Shown in pieces: positions 29,501 through 37,652 of a DNA stretch of 64,000 bases. Made by a program: the position numbers and the translations under genes. How positions within the stretch are numbered: the stretch's first letter is position 1; each line of letters begins with the position of its first letter. The DNA comes from Candidatus Micrarchaeota archaeon (GTDB lineage: Archaea; Micrarchaeota; Micrarchaeia; Anstonellales; Bilamarchaeaceae), in the NCBI GenBank assembly GCA_016212505.1, contig JACRGB010000003.1:27561-91560 (forward strand). The letters are read 5' to 3'. The notes beneath the pieces were generated by a model. The model ran no database searches, had not been told where the DNA came from, and worked only from the letters and a program-made list of their open reading frames with translations.

Positions 29501-32137
29501 CTCAGGCATAGCAACTTGAACATTAGGCCCAGTAGTGACTTTTGGGGCAGATTTTCTAGAGTTAACCGTAATTTCTCCGGAAACAACATCTCCTGCATTA
29601 ACTCCTTGAGGCATCCGGCTAGCCATAGAGTTTGGAATTTTACTTTGAGGCAGTTTCAAGGTTGGAATTTCGAAAGTTGATCCGAAGGCAGCAGTGCGCA
29701 CTTTACTGGAAAAACCTTCAATAACAAATGAGCTGGTCCTCCTATAAGAGGATTTAGCCAGATTAAAAGCACTTTTACGTGAATGCCACAAGGGCAGTGC
29801 ATTATAGAGCAAATCAGCCCCGCCACTTGCCCAGTCACCTTGACGGATCTGACTATACGCGCTACCAACTCCTTCTACAGAAAAACCGAGATTGATACCC
29901 GTTTCTGCCACCCTAAATGCCACGCCGGCATGGCCTAAATTAAACGCATTTGCAGATCCTTTGAGAAGCGGGTTAAATCTAAGCCCAACTACGCTAGTGA
30001 TAAGCATGAGTTGGGTTTTCCACGAAACATCCCCGGTAAAGTATTGCTCCCGAGCAGCGCCCCGGAATGCACTTGCAACACCAAAAAATTGGCCGATAAC
30101 CGGAATAAATGCAACTAGCCTCTCGGCCCATTCATTCAACTTATCTGCAACGTGCATTTTATGTTTTAGTTCATCAAATCGGATTTGAAGCTCTTCCCCG
30201 GCCTGATCAGCAAGTGCCTGAGCACGGTAATTCTGCTTAACTCCGCTATAATATCCTATCAGCTTTTTTGATTGGGCAACAATGGCATCTTGGAGCTTGC
30301 CTTCACCAACTGCAAAAACACGGGAACTTGAGGTGCACACGGAAGCTTCAAAGCGGGCCATAACTTCTGCAAGTTTCTGGTTGTTTTTATCAAAACCCTT
30401 CCCTTCCAGATGTTGATCAAGCAAATGCAACGAAGCATCCATAAAAAATCCAAAATTATTTCTCACAGGATCTATTTTCCCGCTCCTATCAAGAAGGGCA
30501 GCTGCAGAAGCATTGTATTGTTCACCCATCGAACGGGTATCTATCCGAAGCATATTCATTGCAGCGGCCTTAGCCCTAACCGCATCCGTGAATGATCGCC
30601 TGACGGTTTCAGACATTCCTCCAGAAAGATAGGAACTTAGGGCAGCATCATAGGATTTTCTCATAGTGTCAAGACTTTCCATACCGCGAAATTCTTTGGT
30701 TTCTTTCCAGTCGCCCTGACGAACTGCCTCGTAATATCCTGAAGCATTCCTGGTTTCATTCATCAAAAAGATCCCGGTAGAGACAAAAGCAACGGCTTCG
30801 TTTCTGGATTTATAAAATTCTGCAATTTTAGCACTGGCTGCAGATAAATCAGAAAGTTTTCCGCTTTTTTTTGCTTTTTCTATTTCACCCTTAAGTTTTG
30901 CAGATTCTGCCTCTACAGATTCTAATCGTGCAATGAATTTTGGGATTTCATACCGAAATGAGTCTCCAAACTGTGAATGTACGAATTTCTTTAGTTCATC
31001 AGTACTGGCCAATTCGCCCAATTGTTTTTCCTGTGCATTTACATATTCGAGTTGTTTTTTTGTTATGAACTCATTGGTTTTTTTATCAAACTCAGGAAGT
31101 AGTTTGTTTACCTTAGCAACATCTCTTTTTTCTATAGCCAATTTCACTTCATCAAGGGATTTTTGAAGCTCGGGGATTTCGCCGTAACTGGCAGATAGTT
31201 GCATATATGCTTCTCTGCGTTGTTCCAGAACAGATTTCGTCGTAGGAATTTTGCCGTCCTTATCTTTCTTGCCAGGCTGTGGCTGCGTAAGGCTAATACA
31301 ATATTTTGCATCCTCAAATTTTTTCATGCCATGTGCAAATGCAGCTTCTGCATTCTGAATATCGCCCTTAAGGTGTAATGAAACTGCTTCTTTTAGGTCG
31401 TCTAGGCCGTCTGATTTTTTTATGCCCTTAATATTTAGGGCATCTTCGTAACTCATAAGGCGGTCAAGTGCAGCATCTGCTTGGGCAAAGATTTGGTGTG
31501 CTGATTGTGGATTTTTTTCTTCTGGTGCAGAATCATAAAGTTTTTTGATTTGTAATGCAGCACTTTTGATGAAGGGGTCAGATGAGGCCAGAAGTTTTGG
31601 AACAGTGGAACGAAAATCACCGAGTGCTTTTGACTGCTCTACTTCATTAACACGGGAATTCATCTGCCCGATAAGTGCCCCTGCAGCGCCTCTTAGACTA
31701 TCATCAACCTTGTTTTGTTTAAACTGTAAAAGTAAATAATCAGTTTGGGACTTAAACTGCTCAAAAAGATTTACAGAGTGATCAGCTGGATCGATTTTGG
31801 CTTTCCCTAAGTCATTCATACGGGTAAGCAACTCCGCAAGTGCAAGGCAAACCTGCCCATTTGCATAACTAACATCGGTTAGGCCTTCTTTTTGAGCGCG
31901 GACAAAAAAAGCATTAGCCCGTTTGCCGAGTTCACTTACGCGCACATCGTCAGATCTCGCATACCCTCTTGCAGAAGCCCTTAATGCGTCAGGAGCACTG
32001 TTCAGCTTAACATCTTGAATATCTTTAATGGCAGTCTCTTGTGCACGGGCAGCAACTGCACCTAATACGGGGGCAAGTGCACTAACTTGTCTTGTCGGGT
32101 CATTTTCCTGAGGGTTGTAGAAGTGGGGCATAGGCAT
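26516..32137 (-). CDS. 1873-aa toxin/effector-like protein with C-terminal atypical (PI3/4K/HipA-like) kinase domain
   Basis: Helical N-terminus; central Gly/Ala hydrophobic helices; C-terminal GMVGAY..FIAK, GSWDNHSGN, GRIDTD. Confidence 0.6.
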   Translation of the reverse strand: MPMPHFYNPQENDPTRQVSALAPVLGAVAARAQETAIKDIQDVKLNSAPDALRASARGYARSDDVRVSELGKRANAFFVRAQKEGLTDVSYANGQVCLALAELLTRMNDLGKAKIDPADHSVNLFEQFKSQTDYLLLQFKQNKVDDSLRGAAGALIGQMNSRVNEVEQSKALGDFRSTVPKLLASSDPFIKSAALQIKKLYDSAPEEKNPQSAHQIFAQADAALDRLMSYEDALNIKGIKKSDGLDDLKEAVSLHLKGDIQNAEAAFAHGMKKFEDAKYCISLTQPQPGKKDKDGKIPTTKSVLEQRREAYMQLSASYGEIPELQKSLDEVKLAIEKRDVAKVNKLLPEFDKKTNEFITKKQLEYVNAQEKQLGELASTDELKKFVHSQFGDSFRYEIPKFIARLESVEAESAKLKGEIEKAKKSGKLSDLSAASAKIAEFYKSRNEAVAFVSTGIFLMNETRNASGYYEAVRQGDWKETKEFRGMESLDTMRKSYDAALSSYLSGGMSETVRRSFTDAVRAKAAAMNMLRIDTRSMGEQYNASAAALLDRSGKIDPVRNNFGFFMDASLHLLDQHLEGKGFDKNNQKLAEVMARFEASVCTSSSRVFAVGEGKLQDAIVAQSKKLIGYYSGVKQNYRAQALADQAGEELQIRFDELKHKMHVADKLNEWAERLVAFIPVIGQFFGVASAFRGAAREQYFTGDVSWKTQLMLITSVVGLRFNPLLKGSANAFNLGHAGVAFRVAETGINLGFSVEGVGSAYSQIRQGDWASGGADLLYNALPLWHSRKSAFNLAKSSYRRTSSFVIEGFSSKVRTAAFGSTFEIPTLKLPQSKIPNSMASRMPQGVNAGDVVSGEITVNSRKSAPKVTTGPNVQVAMPERVVGRMAVAAETAGEAARIAKDKTKSAASKGFDKVKFGARVFGAAFVEAVDRTPVYANAGIDVGAVGRFGINFSRAISRRLAVERTNRSAAPVRPMAHQAEVPSSQQLLAQADHITAQATDALTEMRRLNRQGDSAGAQVLEDRAAQLTADAKQLRQSADVLVAQEKTSSQPVSLFDGFKTPNFEFTRNETRFRSRFSDSSVSPEGTVYTLGKGAEAIPVREQQVKLASALDVHARAINEKFETVRRAAEFELAHPSDQSAKPLPQEQVAAEAHKFAEKSAFSELKDRLINSGMGVGEAERTARAAGNLARSYREHVSGTERLPRQNQEFNLALNEAGLAIYEGHIPQLQNDSVTLEATAKLQTQRLIDNPKIEVGELSERAGSLRDEAKFWRNPPKESGQKTNPLLAVALEKAANGLDSEIKKRTSLTTAPKVVELNKATGHSPAQERAVPVQELPRALETPAEPRAQQHELTGAERSEAQKLGASLRSPAVTERTKSAESFLAAPPAQQEQSIRTLTLAGEHSAATYLENLKGVPASEKALGLSSGELKNVYLNAKSNEAAVADVSSYLEKKGLYSHSFDPRSGNYHQQVSTIGSLLLSGNLSETVLAKVPEGSKITRIIGHDGMVGAYEIKVVAPSGEERAFIAKAEDLRPAAFGAKTGQIANVPTAGVVSESNSKPLTFSSPEGGAVKWGLIDHIKYFSGTLNLGGEPIQTSTMEAASLSRMKGNTELTKFYKEHPEVVHQEIGYACTGLMMGGSWDNHSGNLQGMLLKVPPSKVALLKSEGYTVVDVRGESAIFKIGRIDTDAAGHFRVTKNTRGGYELYSSKEHLIPQYSKDLAPVFISLARLSGRPVSEVAQSATHSIKEGAKKWHTEVGSTPDFERNLVTAFAKNDGQMVGAGQSLSPTAIKEIEAYYAGGQKGDPPQVMVGMPINGQRDYVMADRHGRVVFDAPEATDIFSHLLTIGGKDGFQNIWADILPDAQAMAEKALRASR

Positions 32138-32146
32138 TACCGATAA

Positions 32147-32422
32147 TCAGGGAGAAGGCAACTCACGACAGAGTTCATCCAAAACGCCAAGACTTTCTGA
32201 AATAAGTTCTAAATCAGTACTATTGCCATAAACATCTCTCCAGTATTCCAGTGCGCTTTTCCATTTTTCAAGCCGTACGAGTTCTTCAGGAGGAGTTTTG
32301 GACTTAAATTTAGGGTTATTTAGGTTTAATGCGATGGATATTGACTTAATACTTTTATCAACTCGGTAGATAGAATTACCGTAAAGTTTGAGCAATTCGG
32401 AATCTAAATTCTGATCTGCCAT
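32147..32422 (-). CDS. Small helical hypothetical protein directly upstream of the giant protein
   Basis: 91-aa ORF, 9-bp gap to the next ATG. Confidence 0.65.
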   Translation of the reverse strand: MADQNLDSELLKLYGNSIYRVDKSIKSISIALNLNNPKFKSKTPPEELVRLEKWKSALEYWRDVYGNSTDLELISESLGVLDELCRELPSP

Positions 32423-32495
32423 AATTGTGGTATCACAGAACGTAAATAAAAAACCACCTTATGAGTAGGACTCAATGGACCCATAATAAAAAGAC

Positions 32496-33596
32496 CTAGA
32501 TCAGTTTCACCAGTCCCCTTCCTATTTCCGGGATGTTTCCCCCAAATAAGTTCGCTGCGTTAAGGGTGAATGTCATAAATACCACCATTGCGATTAATGG
32601 GAAGAGGCAAATTGCTGAAAGCAGATGGAGGGCAAGATCCGAAAGATGGTAGGTCACCAATTCAGTAAGCTGGCCATAGTTTGCTCTTAATCGGACTACG
32701 GATTCGCTTAAGCTGCCGACGCTGGGGCTCTGGCAGGCATAAGTTGAAAGATCATCTGGAACAGATGGAAGCATGCAGTCGTATTTGAACGAGCTTTCAA
32801 GGGGCGCGGGATTTGGGTTTGCAACAAGCAGAGAGGTCTGCACATGGGGAAGCGACATAGTTGCCACTAGGATATAAGTAAGGGGAAATACGAAATATAT
32901 GCCTACTGAAATTGCCATCATAAATGCGCCGGCACCGCGCACTGGGGGAAAGGCACGGAGTGCAACCCCAACAGAAAAGAAGAAACCAGCATAATATTTG
33001 ATGAAGGTGAAGGTATGGACAATAAGATAATACATGTACATGTAAAATGACATTGATTTTGTTGCGGTTGCAATTCTTTCTGAAAGCCATTTTATACCAA
33101 ATCCCGAGGCCACTTCGGACATGAAAATTTCCATATAAACAGATGAAATGGCCTCCACAGGGATGCTGAGGCCATAAAGGACTTTCATAAAACCGCTAAC
33201 GCATCTTGCCGGGGTTTCCATATAAAGGATCATCCAGTCGATGAGCGTGTTTTGGCTAAATACCACGCCATTCCAGGGAAAATCGTTCGAGTTGAGCTGG
33301 AAGGTAGAAAGATAAAGTGACTTTGCAACAGAACTGTGGAGTCCTGGCAGGGGCGCTCCTTGGGCAAGCAGGGGTTCGCCAACCTGGGCAAGCGCGGCCA
33401 CCATAATCACAATAAGCACGGTGGATACTGCATAAACAAATTCCGTTTTCGCTGTCTGCTCGAGGTTACGTAGGGAAAAGAGCCGGGAAAACATAATCAG
33501 CATGGCAGCAACTACTACTGATAGTGATGCTGCGGCAACCGCAAGCAATTCCCAGCCTGCATAGAAAGACGAACAGAAAAAAGTTGTACAAACCAT
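32496..33596 (-). CDS. CedA/VirB6-like polytopic membrane protein, paralog 6
   Basis: GVALRAFPPVRGAGAFMMAI..YFVFP; C-terminal FGGNIPEIGRGLVKLI. Confidence 0.65.
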   Translation of the reverse strand: MVCTTFFCSSFYAGWELLAVAAASLSVVVAAMLIMFSRLFSLRNLEQTAKTEFVYAVSTVLIVIMVAALAQVGEPLLAQGAPLPGLHSSVAKSLYLSTFQLNSNDFPWNGVVFSQNTLIDWMILYMETPARCVSGFMKVLYGLSIPVEAISSVYMEIFMSEVASGFGIKWLSERIATATKSMSFYMYMYYLIVHTFTFIKYYAGFFFSVGVALRAFPPVRGAGAFMMAISVGIYFVFPLTYILVATMSLPHVQTSLLVANPNPAPLESSFKYDCMLPSVPDDLSTYACQSPSVGSLSESVVRLRANYGQLTELVTYHLSDLALHLLSAICLFPLIAMVVFMTFTLNAANLFGGNIPEIGRGLVKLI

Positions 33597-34847
33597 CTAG
33601 ATCATCCTCGTTAATGAACTTATATCTACTTCTTCGCCGAAAATTGCGCTGAACCTCCTTGCAGCTTCAATAAACACAAGGACATTTAGGGCAGGGGCAA
33701 GAAACGCGAATAAAAATGCAAGTGCTACCACGGAAATTGGGATCATTATAATTATTGTAAATGTATCCCCAACAATGGACTGGAGGATGGAGCCAACTCC
33801 GCCATAAGTACCGCTTACAATGTCAGTAATGCCTCCATTGCCAAAACCTTTGGAGAAAAAATCGCTTGCATGCTTCATGAAACCGCCCGGGGTCAGGTCG
33901 CTAAAGAAATTGCGGAGGAAATCTGTCCAGTTAACTAAAGGATTCCCAAGACCGCTTAACATGACACTAAAGGTAAGGACGGTAAGGAGGGGAAATACAA
34001 GGAGGAATGCTGCGGAAATCCCAATCAGGGTCCCTCCAACCCTCCGGGTCGGGGTAAAGCAGCGGAGGAAAATACCTGCTGGCAGATAATAGTGAAGGAA
34101 TGCCTGTAATGAAAATAGGTAAACAAATAGCTGCGCATACATTATGATATATGCAACAGATAATGCAACCGACATATTATACAGCAGTTGTTTTATAGGG
34201 GAGAAAAATCCTGCAAAGGGAGTTGCTACAAGCCCAACGCCAAGAGGCCGGGCATAGGGAGTAACCGAAGCGAACTGGTCTACAATCACATTTAGCAGGT
34301 AGCTCATATCCAGCCAACTGCCGACATAGTATCCACCAAGTTCAAAAAATGCCCCTGCGACCTTATATACTGAATCTCCGGCCACAACACCAGTAAAACC
34401 AGAACCTAGTGGAGTTGCTTTTGGGAAAAAGTCTTCTGGAAGGGAGGATCCCATATCAATATTTGCAAGGACAGCAATTGAGCCCAAAATGATAACTGCA
34501 AGAAAACCGGAAATGACAAGTTCGAGAAGTTCCTGCTTTACGAAATTTATGACCATCTGGTTCCTTAGCAGGGTACCAAAAATATAAAATAATGCAAGAA
34601 GCACTGCTGAAACCATTAAAGCTAAACCCGATGGGGCAACCCAGTCCCACATGCCGGCAAACTGGGTGGAAACTATTGAATCAGCATCAAGCTTGAACAT
34701 TCCTGCAGTTCCCTGCGGGGGGGAGGGGTTTTGGAAAGGCGGGGCCTGCACACAGCCCGAGCTGATAAGAAATAGGAAAATGGCGGCGAGGAGGATGAAT
34801 ATTTTGGTTTTTTTGTTGCCGATCATACGCATAGTAAATCTCCCCAT
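33597..34847 (-). CDS. CedA/VirB6-like polytopic membrane protein, paralog 5
   Basis: PAGIFLRCFTPTRRVGGTLIGI..LVFP; C-terminal FGEEVDISSLTRMI. Confidence 0.65.
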   Translation of the reverse strand: MGRFTMRMIGNKKTKIFILLAAIFLFLISSGCVQAPPFQNPSPPQGTAGMFKLDADSIVSTQFAGMWDWVAPSGLALMVSAVLLALFYIFGTLLRNQMVINFVKQELLELVISGFLAVIILGSIAVLANIDMGSSLPEDFFPKATPLGSGFTGVVAGDSVYKVAGAFFELGGYYVGSWLDMSYLLNVIVDQFASVTPYARPLGVGLVATPFAGFFSPIKQLLYNMSVALSVAYIIMYAQLFVYLFSLQAFLHYYLPAGIFLRCFTPTRRVGGTLIGISAAFLLVFPLLTVLTFSVMLSGLGNPLVNWTDFLRNFFSDLTPGGFMKHASDFFSKGFGNGGITDIVSGTYGGVGSILQSIVGDTFTIIIMIPISVVALAFLFAFLAPALNVLVFIEAARRFSAIFGEEVDISSLTRMI

Positions 34848-36110
34848 TCATATAAGTTTTAAGAACCCAAAGAAATTAACATTAACTCCGAAGAACTTTG
34901 CAGTTTCCTTTGCTGCAGTAAGGGTAACGAAAATATTAAAGAACGGCAGCAGTACGGCCATCATGACGATATAGTATACGGACCCCCGCACAAGCTCAAA
35001 GGCCAGTGAAACTATCCCTCCCATGAAGAATGGCACCAGCACGCCGCTCGTAAGCAGCATTGAAATAACCGCAGTCCCAAAGACATTGAAGATCCCGCTG
35101 TTGGTAATGAAGCTGTTTATTGCTTTTTGGGCATCGATGATATTTCCACGCATTAGCTTGTGGACCTCATAGTCAATCAGGAACATGAACGGGTAAACGA
35201 GCGCGAGCGAAAATGCAATTGCGATCAAGGCTTCGCCTGCATTCCGCGTAAAAGGTATTGCACGAAGAAGGATGCCTAGCGGAATGAATAAGCTCCATGT
35301 CCACTTTTTGATTATGCATAGGGTGACAAGGTGGAGCAGCCATTCGCTAATGCCAAGGGAAAGGAACTGCAACGACGTACCGATAACATCAATAAGGGGC
35401 TTGAGTATGGGACCCATGTTAAACGAATACATTGCACGCCAGGTAACGCCAAACCACATTGTAGATGAATAGATCGTATGGACTACGGTGTTGTAAAGAA
35501 GGAGCATGCTGTAGTCGGTTGACATTTCGGTTATCATAACCCGGGTGAACTGTAGCGCGGCATCCATCATATTTGAATTGAAACGTGGATTGCCATAAAT
35601 AGGGTCGGCACTTGCATTCCCTGCACTAAATGAAAACCATAGCCCGCCCATGCCAATTGCCACAAGGATGACCATCACCCTGCGGATGGTGATTGTGGTC
35701 TGGTAAAGCTCATCTTTTGCAAGTGCGATTAATGAGGGCGAACTGAGAAGCTGGCCGAGCATATAAAATGCAGCGATTCCAAAAAAAACTACAAAAAGTG
35801 CAAGAATTGTAGGTGCAATCCAAAGTACATTTACAGTATCAGGAGAAATTGCAGGATTCGGGTTGGGGTTTTGGACTGAGAGGAAAGGATCATCGCAAGA
35901 GCTTCCCTTAAGGGTGTCAAAGAGGCTGTTGATGCCTACTGCGGCAGCTCCGGCGGGTGCCACTGCAGTATTTTTTATGTCATCCCAGCCCTTGTTCATA
36001 TTGTCGACGAATTTTTGGAATGCAGTGCTCCCAGCATTTTGGTCTGGCGGGTCGGCAAATAGGATGGAGGTGGAGAAGATCAGGATCAGGAATATGGGTA
36101 GCACCTTCAT
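34848..36110 (-). CDS. CedA/VirB6-like polytopic membrane protein, paralog 4
   Basis: PLGILLRAIPFTRNAGEALIAI..LVYP; C-terminal FFGVNVNFFGFLKLI. Confidence 0.65.
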   Translation of the reverse strand: MKVLPIFLILIFSTSILFADPPDQNAGSTAFQKFVDNMNKGWDDIKNTAVAPAGAAAVGINSLFDTLKGSSCDDPFLSVQNPNPNPAISPDTVNVLWIAPTILALFVVFFGIAAFYMLGQLLSSPSLIALAKDELYQTTITIRRVMVILVAIGMGGLWFSFSAGNASADPIYGNPRFNSNMMDAALQFTRVMITEMSTDYSMLLLYNTVVHTIYSSTMWFGVTWRAMYSFNMGPILKPLIDVIGTSLQFLSLGISEWLLHLVTLCIIKKWTWSLFIPLGILLRAIPFTRNAGEALIAIAFSLALVYPFMFLIDYEVHKLMRGNIIDAQKAINSFITNSGIFNVFGTAVISMLLTSGVLVPFFMGGIVSLAFELVRGSVYYIVMMAVLLPFFNIFVTLTAAKETAKFFGVNVNFFGFLKLI

Positions 36111-36111
36111 A

Positions 36112-37611
36112 TCAAATCAGCCTCGTAAGTCCTGCTATTTCTATATCCCCGCCAAAGGTCATGGAAAGCGAACGTATTGCGGCAATAGTGGAAATTATTG
36201 CAAGCAATGAAAAGAACATTGACCAGAAACTAAGCCTTGCAAGGATATCGAGCGGGCCATTTGGTTCCCAGGAAAAATTAATCCAGCTATCTTGCTTGCT
36301 CGCTTGGGAGAGTTGGCCGAACCAGCTATCCCGGTCGGTAGGATCGAACGCTTTTTCTGCCGCGGCAAGCGCTTTCTGCTGTTCTGCAACTACTGCCGGA
36401 TCCTTGCTGGCAGGATCATCACCTGGGCCTGCATTGAATCTGGGAATTAACTTATTGGTGGCTGGATCATTTTTTTCGATAGTTTCAAGATAGGCCAAAT
36501 CATAGGGATTGACCCCTTCCTTGGCAACACCCGAATACCCTTGTATATTTGCAAGAGTCTGCTGAGCACCCCGGGTGTCGAGCTTATTGCCCCCTCCTAT
36601 TACAGGTACAAAACCCAGTATATACATGGTGTTTGCAATTGGAGGGTCGGGATTGAGTTTGCCAAGAGGATTGGCTTTTACATTTAGGGGAGAAACCCAA
36701 TCATCACGGACATTATCCTTGAGCTGGATCATTACCAGCCCGGCAAAAGCATAGAAGGTCGGATAGATGAAATAGAGGGCAATTGCAATTGCAAGCATAA
36801 GGCCACCAAGGCGCCGGGTAAATGTGAATGTACGCAGAAGGGTCCCGGCAACAAAGAACGAAGGGAATATGGCAAGTGCGATAAAGCGCAGGAAAATTTC
36901 CTGCATCTTAGTGATCATAAGGATTTTCATGGCCCATTCAAATGCCAGAGATTTGACATTATTGCCCATTGTGAAGAATCCCCTCCAGGGGTTGAATGTG
37001 ATGAACCCGGTTTTTTCAAAAATAGTTTCAAAGTTTATAGTAAATTCTGCGGCCATAGAAGTCCAGATATAGTCGATATAGGTATTGAATGCAAAAGTAC
37101 TAGTTTCATCAAACACTTCCCGCAGGTGCCAGATGCCCATACGTACAGAACAGGAGGAAATGCCATTGTAAACAGAATATTGGTTTTCAGCAATATCGTC
37201 CCCGCATATGTCTATACACGCATAGTCACGTATGCCATTGTTTACCAGCGGGATCTGACCTGCACGAAATTGTTGGACGTAAGTTGTAGTTGCAGTAGTT
37301 GCGCCAGGGCAGAGGGTCCCAGGAGAAGGTTGGGGATTATTTCCGATACCCTGGTGCGGCATCAGGAGAATAGCCCCATGCACAACACCATCAACAAGCG
37401 GAAGGCTGGTTATTGCAAAAGAAAGGATTATCGCTGAATAAAATAATTCTGCTAGTTCCATTTTGGCCCATGCCTTTATTTTATCGTTCATGAGCATGCT
37501 GCCGATCATATACACTCCGCCAATTAGGCAAGTAACTATTCCGAATGCAATTCCGGCAAAAGCGAGCCAGTCGCCCCAGAACAATTTTATAGTTGTAAAT
37601 ACATCGACCAT
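36112..37611 (-). CDS. CedA/VirB6-like polytopic membrane protein, paralog 3
   Basis: AGTLLRTFTFTRRLGGLMLAI..YFIYP; C-terminal FGGDIEIAGLTRLI. Confidence 0.65.
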   Translation of the reverse strand: MVDVFTTIKLFWGDWLAFAGIAFGIVTCLIGGVYMIGSMLMNDKIKAWAKMELAELFYSAIILSFAITSLPLVDGVVHGAILLMPHQGIGNNPQPSPGTLCPGATTATTTYVQQFRAGQIPLVNNGIRDYACIDICGDDIAENQYSVYNGISSCSVRMGIWHLREVFDETSTFAFNTYIDYIWTSMAAEFTINFETIFEKTGFITFNPWRGFFTMGNNVKSLAFEWAMKILMITKMQEIFLRFIALAIFPSFFVAGTLLRTFTFTRRLGGLMLAIAIALYFIYPTFYAFAGLVMIQLKDNVRDDWVSPLNVKANPLGKLNPDPPIANTMYILGFVPVIGGGNKLDTRGAQQTLANIQGYSGVAKEGVNPYDLAYLETIEKNDPATNKLIPRFNAGPGDDPASKDPAVVAEQQKALAAAEKAFDPTDRDSWFGQLSQASKQDSWINFSWEPNGPLDILARLSFWSMFFSLLAIISTIAAIRSLSMTFGGDIEIAGLTRLI

Positions 37612-37652
37612 ATTGCATCCTCAGAGGTTTACTCATAAATTCTTCAAAATAC

